DNA of 64,000 nucleotides from the human T2T-CHM13v2.0 reference genome, Homo sapiens. Each line of letters opens with the position of its first letter. Positions within the stretch are counted from its first letter, which is position 1. This document shows positions 55,574 to 64,000 of this stretch, one piece after another. The notes under the pieces are model-generated. The model did no database searches, was not told the origin of the DNA, and saw nothing but the letters and a program-made list of their open reading frames with translations. A program made the position numbers and the translations under genes. The stretch is from assembly GCF_009914755.1 (NCBI RefSeq), contig NC_060925.1, one strand, 5' to 3'.

Positions 55574-56356
55574 TGTAATGGGAAAAGTTCCCTTATCCCC
55601 CTTGAAGGGCATGCAATGGGGGTGTGGCTTGCTTCTACAGTGCCTGACTGCTCATGCCCCTAGGGGAGCATGCAGATGGGCAGGTTGCTGGGGTCTGGCC
55701 CCACGGCAGCGTCTAGGGTTAAGTGTTTACAGCTCCCAAAGCCCCAGTGGGCGTGTGTTACAGTGTGTTTTTTCAATTTTGCTGTCTTCAGGCTGTTTGT
55801 GTTAATCAGCTCAATTAGACCCTCTGCCTTATTGCAAGGACAGAGGGTTTTCTGTATCCTGATTTCTTGCCTAGTGTACCAGAAAAATCAGATCAGATGT
55901 GGGCTTGGAGAATGAGTGCAAGGTTTCATTGAATGGTGCAGGTAGCTCTCAGCAGATGGATGGGAGCCAAAAGGGGGATGGGAGCCAGGTGGTCTTTTCC
56001 TGGAATCGGGCCGCTCAGTGGCCCGGCCCTCCTCTGATCCAATTCACCTCGGCATCCACATCCTTCCACGCATCTGCCGGTGTGTTTTTCCATCGGTGTG
56101 TTTCTCTCAAATGTCCAGCCACTTGTGTGTTTTTTCGCTGGTGCGATCCTCTCGACGTCCAGCCACTTGTGTGTGTGCCGGCTAGGGTCTTGGGGTTTTT
56201 ATATATGCATAGAATGGGCCGTGGCGGGCCAGAGTGGTCCTGGAAAATGCAACATTTGTCCTCACTTAGGTCTGTGGGCACAGGCCCGAGGGTGGAGCCC
56301 TCTCCAGGGACCCTGCCTTTCTGTACCCAGAACTTCCCTGCCTGCCTCCCGTATCA
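55574..56356 (-). mobile_element. LTR1-family (ERV1) solo LTR
   Basis: Revcomp begins tgatacgggaggcaggcagggaagttctggg...gggctccaccctcgggcctgtgcccacagacctaagtgaggac and ends gggaacttttcccattaca; ~780 bp. Confidence 0.75.
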
Positions 56357-56611
56357 GTGTGAGTAAGCATGCTTTCAGATAATTCCAGCTCCAAGCATTT
56401 GAACCTCCCAGTTTGTGGTCATACATATTATAGAGCAGAGACAAGCTTTCCCAGTCATGATCTGTTCAAATTCCTGATCCACAAAATCCATGAGCATGGT
56501 AAATAACTGGTTTTTGCCAGTGAGTTTTGGGGAAATTTTCTGTTTCGTCATAATAACTAGAACTTTTGTTTATAATAACTAGAGTCACTGTAGGGGAACT
56601 CTACATTAAGT

Positions 56612-56613
56612 CT

Positions 56614-56657
<44 letters not shown>

Positions 56658-56934
56658 TTTTTTGAGAAGTAGTCTCACTCTGTTGCCCAGGCTGAAGTGC
56701 AGTAGTGCAGTCTCAGCTCACTTCAACCTCTGCCTCCCAGGTTCAAACAATTCTGCCTCAGTCTCCCAAGTAGGTGAGATTACAGGTTCCCACCAACATG
56801 CATGGCTAATATTTGTATTTTTTTTTATTAGAGACAGGGTTTCACCGGGTTGGCCAAATGGGTGTTAAACTTCTGACCTCAAGTGATCTACCCCAAAATG
56901 CTGGGAATACAGGCATGAGCCACCATGCCCGTCC
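56612..56934 (-). mobile_element. Diverged AluS with (TTTA)n tail
   Basis: Dimeric Alu, gacctcaagtgatc. Confidence 0.9.
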
Positions 56935-57252
56935 AAAACTCCTGTTTCTATTAGGAGTAAATTGATAGAAATATGGAAATTACCAGACAGAAGTTAAATA
57001 AACGAAGATATCATTCAGAAGTGCTGAAATCTACCTAATAGAATTTCTCAAAAAAGATAATAAAAGTACAATGAATAAATAAAAAAATAAATTATCTAGA
57101 AGTAAAGAAAGACTCTTCATTTAATCGGGATGCTTATTTATTATTATTTCTACAAATTATCCAGTTTACATAGAAAATGTATCAATGGTAACATTCTTCT
57201 TTGTACTTTTCTGTTTGAAAAATTTATTTTAACCTCCTCCGTAATCAGTATG

Positions 57253-58419
57253 TGCATTAATCTGTTCTCATACTGCTATGTAGAAATACTCTAGACTGGG
57301 TAATTTATAAAGAAAAAGAGGTTTAATGGACTCGCAGTTCCACATGGCTGGGCTGAGGAAACCTCACAATCATGGCAGAAGGCAAAGGAGGAGCAAAGGC
57401 ACATCTTACATTGCAGCAGGCCAGACAGTGTGTGTTCATAAACTGCACTCTATAAAACCATCAGATCTCATGAGACTTTTTCATGAGTCTGTCACAAGAA
57501 CAGCATGATTCAATTACCTCCACCAGGTCTCTCCCATGACATGTGGGAATTATGAAAGCTACAATTCAAGATGAGATTTGGGTGGGAACACAGTCAAACC
57601 ATATCATTCTGCCCCTGGCCCCTCCCAGATCTCATGTCCTCACATTTCAAAACCAACCATGCCTTCCCATCGGTCCCCCAAAGTCTTAATTCATCTTACC
57701 ATTAATTCAAACGTCCACAGTCCAAAGTCTTACCTGAGATAAGGCAAGTCTCTTTCACTTACGAGCCTGTGAAATCAAAAGCAAGTTAGTTACATCCTAG
57801 ATACAATGGGGGTACAGGCATTAGGTAAATACACCTGTTCCAAATAGGGGAAATTGGCCAAAACAAAGCAGCCACAGGCCCCATGTTAGTCCAAAATCCA
57901 ACAGGGCAGTCAAATCTTAAAGCTCCAAAGTTATCTTCTTTAACTCTATGTCTCACATCCAGGTCATGCTGATGCAAGTGGTCAGCTCCCGTGGCTTTGG
58001 GCATCTCTGCCCCTGTGGCTTTGCAGGGTACAGCCCCAATTCCAGTACCAATTTACTGTATTAGTCCATTCTCACACTGTTATAAGGAAATACCCAAGAC
58101 TGGGTAATTTATAAAGAAAAAAAGGTTCAATGGACTCACAGTTCCACATGACTGGGGAGGCCTCACAATCATGGTGGAAGGTGAAGGAGGAGCAAAGGCA
58201 CATCTTACATGGCAGCAGATCAGAGTGTGTGTGCAGGGAAAATTCCGTTTATAAAACCATGAGATCTCATGAGACTTATTCACTATCACAAGAACAGCAT
58301 GGGAAAAACCCACCCCCATTGTTCAGTTGCATCCCACCGGGTCCCTCCTATGACACTTGAGGTTATGAGAGCTACAATTCAAGATGAGATTTGGGTGGGA
58401 ACCCAGCCAAACTGTATTG
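57253..58419 (-). mobile_element. THE1C/D provirus, LTR(57253-57606)-int(57607-58056, internally deleted)-LTR(58057-58419)
   Basis: Two THE1 LTRs (ctgggtaatttataaagaaaa...gagatttgggtggg); internal ends ttctgcccctggcccctccc and gtaccaatttac; flanking gtatg(t) duplicated. Confidence 0.9.
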
Positions 58420-58709
58420 TATGTATTAAACATATATAGTTAAATGGAAATAAAAATTAAAAATAAATGTGATGGTTGTTAAAACGTTTATAACAGAATG
58501 TTATATAAAATGTAATTTTGTTGAAACATTGTCAATTACATTATCTTATTTTTTGAATCAAAACTAAAATGAAAAATGTTAAACATCTTTCCCTTAGAAT
58601 TCGTAACATCTGCTATATTTATTATTGACATTAATAAGAAAATTCATTTTATCCTTTAAAAAATAGAATATTGTCTATTCATAAATTGTAAGACCTGTTT
58701 AAACTGTAT

Positions 58710-60917
58710 GTATTTTGGAATCTCTGAGTTTCTTGTATATAGATGTTTAAATCTCCTGTTAGACTTGGAAGTTTTTATTAATAGCTATTATTTTGTTGAA
58801 TAGGTTTTCTATCCCTTTCATTTTTTTCTCTTTCTGCGACAACAAATGGTAAATATTTGCTCACTTTATGATGTCCCATATCTCACATGAGCTTTGTTCA
58901 TTCTCTTTTATTCTTTATTTTAAATTTTGTCTGGCTGGGTTATTTTAAAAGACCTATCTTTAACTTCTGAAATTCTTTCTTCTACTTGATTTAGTGCATT
59001 GTTGAAGATATTGAAAGCCTTTTATAGCTAATTCAATGAATTCTTCAGTCCCAGAATGTCTTGTTCTTTTTGATGATGTCTAACTCTTTGGGAAGTTTTA
59101 ATTTATATTCTGATTGTTTTTCTAATTTCTTTGTATTTTTTTTTGGAATTCTCATTGTGTCTCACTGAGATTCTTTACAATCAATATTTAAATTTTTTCT
59201 GAGACCTCATAATTTCTTTTACATTTGAATCTGTTGCAGAATTACTATGTTCCTTTGAAAGTGTCATATTTTATTGTTTTTAATGTTACTTATAGCCTTA
59301 CATTGATATCTGCATATCTGACATAAAGATTGCATCTTCCAATATTTGAGTTTGCTTCTACAGGGGAGTATGTAGGGAAGTTGTATCTATGGTATTGGTT
59401 TGGTAAGGCACTTTAGCTTTGATTCTGAGTGAGTGGATTCAGTAGTGTATTCTTCATATGATTTCTTTGACTATTAACAGCATTAGTGGAGCCTTTAATT
59501 TCCTCGGGGTACAGTTGTTAGCGGAGGCTGTGGTAAAATTTTACTGTAGATGGAGATGTCAGGTGGGACAGTCCTTGGGCCCTGGTGGTGGCAGCGGTAG
59601 GCTGAGCATACCTATTCTTGGGTCCTGGGGGACTGTACACTAGCGCTAATGTTACCAGGTTTAGGAGGGCCAATTCTTGGCCCTCGAGGTAGCTTGCTAG
59701 AGTGCCAGCAGTTGCAGCAGTGGGTTGAGTGAATGGGCAGATCCTAGGGCCCTTGGGCAGCAGGTTTGGTGTGGGTGATGGGGTGATGGCAGTAGCAGTA
59801 GCAAAGTAATGCTCTGGCTTTCAGTGTGGTCTGTGCTGGTACTGGGAGTGACTGCAACAGGCTCCATATTCCAATCTCCTGGCCCGCATGTGGGACATGT
59901 GTTTGTGCCAGTTATGGTGGTAGCATCAGGTTGAGTGAGCCTGGCCTCAGGCCCTTGGATGAATGCTCAGGTGGTATTCATCCTGGTAAACAGGATGGTA
60001 AGTAGACCTGGAAAATCCCCAGTTCTCTAGGTGACATTCTTGGGTATTCGGGTGTGGAACTGACCTGGACAGGCTTGGCCTCAGCCAGCCATTTGTGTCA
60101 GGGTGCCTGTGATAGACAGTGGTAAGGTGATGATCCCCACATCCTGATAGAATGCTTGGGTAGGGGTATAGTGGTTGTGCTGCATCCCTGCTACTAGAGA
60201 GCGTGGCATTGCTCTCCTAGGTAGCAGCTGTAAACAGATCTATGAGAAGCACGCACTTTGACCCCAGGTGCTTGCTGCAAGTAGGGTAGCCTGTTCTCAG
60301 GGTGCTTGTAAATATGTAGCAAACCTTCTCCTGGTTATGGCAGAATTGCTTCCAATAGCTCACACTTAGGATCTAGAGGCAGCCAGCAGCAGTGCCCGGC
60401 TGCAGATGACAGATGTCATTGGGGCTCGAGGCATGGGAAGATGCTGGGGCTATTTGACTCCAGGTAAGGATGCAATATGATGAGGGTGTGGCTTTCAAGA
60501 TGGTGTCTTGCTGCAGCTGCTTAGAACTCATTGGGGGGTGTTGAGCTCCCTGTCTGGAGCAATTCTTTTATGTGGTATTCAGGAAACTTTCTATATAGTC
60601 TTAGGGACCAAGAGGGTCCTGGGACTCTCTCCTGGCTAGAATTGGAGGAGTCCACGTAGAAACGTGGACGCTGTGGGCCACTAACATACTGAGGCTTCCC
60701 CACGGTATGGAGCCTCTCCAAGCTCCCAGCCAATTCTGTCTGAAGAGGCTGACTAACTTCCCTCTCCTCCCTTGACTTAGGTGTTTCCTGTCATTTCTTT
60801 TGAATTTTAGCTTTCTTTTATGAGATTTACTTGAAGCGCGGTTATTTACTCACTATATTGTTTCTTCTTTGTGGAAGGGGTGGTTATCAGATGCCTCTAG
60901 TCATCCATCTTGAAGCC
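58710..60917 (-). mobile_element. Old L1 (L1M1/M2/MA-type) 5'UTR plus start of ORF1
   Basis: 5' terminus (revcomp) agggcttcaagatggatgactagaggcatctg; GC-richer UTR at 59500-60800; T-rich antisense ORF1. Confidence 0.7.
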
Positions 60918-61246
60918 CTTCAATAAGTTATTATTTACAAAGAGTATGCCTTTGCTTTCATGAGCTATTTTTTAAATAAGAAAAGTCTAAAAATAAATAA
61001 TCATTCGATTTTAGAAAAGACATGACAAATAGAAATGGAGATAAAGAATTTATAATAAATTTATAATAAAAACAATAAACAGAATAAAAAATTCGTAAAT
61101 ACATAAATAGCACATTTAAAATTTGTTTTTAAATAATACTAAAAAATACAAAGATCAGTAAATTCGTTTTTAATAATACTGGAACATATAAAAGTCAGTA
61201 AAATATGTATAAAAAAGAAAACACATGACATTTTATATTAAAATAC

Positions 61247-61550
61247 GCTAGGCACAGCGGCTCGTGCCTGTAACCCCAGAACTTTGGGAGGCTGAGGCAG
61301 GCGGCTCATTTGAGGTCAGGAGTTCGAGACTAGCCTGACAAACATAGTGAAATCCTGTCTCTACTAAAAATACAAAAAAATTAGCCAAGTGTGGTGGTGC
61401 ATGCCTGTAGTCCCAGCTACTCAGCAGGCTGAGGCAGGAGAATCGCTTGAGAGGAGGAGGTTACAGTGAGCCGAGAACTTGCCACTGCACTCCAGCCTGG
61501 GCGACAGAGAGAAACTCTGTATCAATAAATAAATAATAAATAAACAAATA
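61247..61550 (+). mobile_element. AluS (Sz/Sx-like)
   Basis: Full Alu with an (AATA)n tail. Confidence 0.92.
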
Positions 61551-61559
61551 ATTATAAAA

Positions 61560-62280
61560 TAAAAACTTCAATCCTAAAGATAATTTAAAATATTGAGGAT
61601 ATCATTGATATTCCAGTATGAACATTCGAAAATCTAGACAAATTAGGTAATTTTTCAACAAAATACAAAATGTCAAAATTGACCCAGTTAGAAATACTAA
61701 GTTTGAATAACCTAAAGAGATAGTGAAATGAAGAAAGTTCTAGATACAGTTAACATTGAAGATATTTTTCCTAATCTAAAACATAAGTTTTGGCTGATAA
61801 TCATGCAAAGCTTCCTCTAATGTTTTTATTAGGGTTACTTTAGCACTGAAACTTGATAAGACAATGAAAAATGAAAGTCAAAACTGTAGACTAATTTATA
61901 AATATAGAAGTAAAAAAATCTAAATAAAGTAAGAGTTTATTGATTATAGTACTGTATCAACAGGACAATATATAGATTGCCAAGGAGATTATTTTCAAAT
62001 ATTTAAATATTTTTTCACATTTAAAATTAACAAATATAATTTACTTAGAAATGTATGTGGAACCAATAGTCCTATAAGAAGCATTAATTTAAACTATGTA
62101 TCTAATAAAATAGTTTCATGAAACTATACAATTTCAGTCAAGCTTATAAAACAAAACCTAGACATTGGTTTAAAAAACCAACACTAAAAAATCAATCACA
62201 AAGAAATATGATTTCAATGCAATTTTTGGATAAAACTATCTTAAATTTCACACAGAAAAAAATGATGTCTGTAATACCTA
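61560..62280 (+). mobile_element. Ancient L1M ORF2 fragments
   Basis: ttcgaaaatctagacaaattaggtaattttc...caaaattgacccag; ctatcttaaatttcacacagaaaa. Confidence 0.55.
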
Positions 62281-62479
62281 AGAGTTCATGATTGAAATTT
62301 GAGAATTATAAAGCGTGAACTTCATCAAATGAGTTTCCGTGAGCAGGGAATGCTGTTCGCAGTTACACTTAGTCTTGGTTTCCCTAATAAATCTCATACC
62401 CATATACTTCTGTTGCAACACAACATGAGGATGATGACTGCAAAGAAAAATATGCATGTTATTTAGAATGAGAAAAAAT

Positions 62480-62783
62480 GGCCCGGGCACAGTGACTCAC
62501 GCCTATAATCCCAGCACTTTGGGAGGCCGAGGTGGGCAGATCATGATGTCAAGAGATCGAGACCATCCTGGCCAACATGGTGAAACCCTGTCTCTACTAA
62601 AAATACAAAAATTAGCTGGGCAAAGTGGCACATACCTGTAGTCCTAGCTACTTGGGAGGCTGAGGCAGGAGAATAGGACTGAACCTGGGGGGTGGAGGTT
62701 GCAGTGAGCCGAAAGCGGCCACTACCTTCCAGCCTGGCGACAGAGCAAGACTCCATCTCAAAACAAACAAACAAACAAAAAAA
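62480..62783 (+). mobile_element. AluSc
   Basis: gtcaagagatcgagaccatcctggcc; perfect 15-bp TSD agaatgagaaaaaat at 62465-62479 and 62784-62798. Confidence 0.95.
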
Positions 62784-63351
62784 AGAATGAGAAAAAATGA
62801 AAAATGATGGCTGATAAGCAATCACAAATGTCCAATTCACCACAGAAAATAATGGCATGCAAATTGTGAAATAATAATTAATATTAGGTTTACATGTCAG
62901 ATAAGTTTTTAATAAACTTGTAATGCTAGAGGCCTTCCTAGTATTTATTTTTCAGATCTATTTTTATAGTATACACTGAAAATATATAACTGATAGTTTT
63001 TCCAGCTATTGATTATTAGTTTCAGATTTAAATGTTTAGATTATACTATCTTTATCCATTTGAAGAAAACTGTGAATTTTTGTTGACTTTTCAACCTGAT
63101 ACAGACTAATTACGTTAATTTTTTTTATCCTGGGCGTTTGGATATCTGGCTAGACATTTTGATTACTAACAAATAATATTTAATTCCCTCTGAATGTAAA
63201 ACAGTTTAAAAAGCAAAAGGATAGCCCTTACAGATGTATATAAGTTTGCTGTATTTTATCAATTTTAAGAAACATTTGTCTTTAAAATTTTTACATTTTT
63301 GAAATCAGAAGGAATTTTCTATCAATGAGATACTCTATTTGAATTGAGAAA

Positions 63352-63647
63352 TTTTTTTGTTTCTTTTTTTTGAGACGGAGTCTTGCTCTGTTGCCCAGGC
63401 TGAAGTGCAGTGGTGCGATCTCGGCTCACTGCAACCTTTGCCCGCTGGATTCAGGGGATTGTCCTGCCTCAGCCTCCTGAGTAGCTGGGATTACAGGCCA
63501 CCACGCCAGGCTAATTTTCGTATTTTTAGTAGAGATGGGGTTTCGCCATGTTGTCCTGGCTGGTCACGAACTCCTGACCTCAGGTGACCTGCTCACCTCG
63601 GCCTCCCAAAGTGATAGGATTACAGGCATGAGCCACCATGCCCTGCC
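63352..63647 (-). mobile_element. AluSx-like
   Basis: Full Alu, gacctcaggtga. Confidence 0.93.
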
Positions 63648-64000
63648 TGTTTTTTATTATATTAACTTCAATGGTGCTTCTTTTGATAACAGTATATATT
63701 TTAATTTTCCACGTAGGAACAAACTTCCGTGATATGTAAAACTTGATTATTTTATAACACATCAAGAATATCATCAGAAATTAAATAGAATGTCACCTTG
63801 ATTTATAAAGATTAACATTTATTCAGTAATAAATTAAGATAGATATGAAATAAGTGTTTATGGCTTTATATTTCTTTTTAAACTATTCCTTTAGTCTGCA
63901 GATTTTATATGTGTTTTATTTCATTGCCATGCAATTGTGTTTTTCCTTATCTCCATTAATGCTTCTTTAACCATGACTTGTTTTAAGTATATATTAAGAA

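Larger units (their letters stand above)
54560..56563 (+). mobile_element. MLT1H-like LTR interrupted by a microsatellite block and LTR1
   Basis: agaatgtaagaagtgatgttatgtgacttc; cagccaccctgcagtaaggaagcc; gagcagagacaagc...aaattcctgatccacaaaatccatgagc...aataactagaac. Confidence 0.65.

Noticed and set aside
55899-56366. 155-aa ORF
   Set aside because: Lies within a GC-rich LTR1 with no recognisable domain
61105-61205. Imperfect ~39-bp tandem duplication (aaatt.gtttttaa..taatact..)
   Set aside because: Ordinary slippage duplication in degraded AT-rich sequence

Overview
Human (primate) non-coding genomic DNA. It is very AT-rich and dominated by repeats, with roughly half or more LINE-1 by my rough tally. 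I can support no host protein-coding gene, RNA gene or CRISPR array, and every long ORF is LINE-1 derived. The main element is a full-length (~6.03 kb) human-specific L1HS (Ta-1nd diagnostics) on the minus strand at 43738-49770. It has a 16-17 bp TSD, one nonsense codon in each of ORF1 and ORF2, and an intact antisense ORF0 and promoter. Other elements are a twin-primed (5'-inverted) L1PA3-like copy, a 5'-truncated L1PA6-like copy splitting a MER41B LTR that keeps a GAS/STAT1 motif, nested older L1s, ten Alus, MaLR/ERV LTRs (MLT1, MLT2, MSTA, THE1, LTR1, MER57/93-like), and MIR/L2 relics. I found no convincing new biological system. The most unusual signals are mutational: a compound microsatellite with inverted arms containing a ~60 bp templated copy of nearby unique DNA (54.2-55.3 kb), and a template-switch hairpin inside an L1 (35459-35497). 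Subfamily names come from recalled consensus features and need RepeatMasker/Dfam confirmation.
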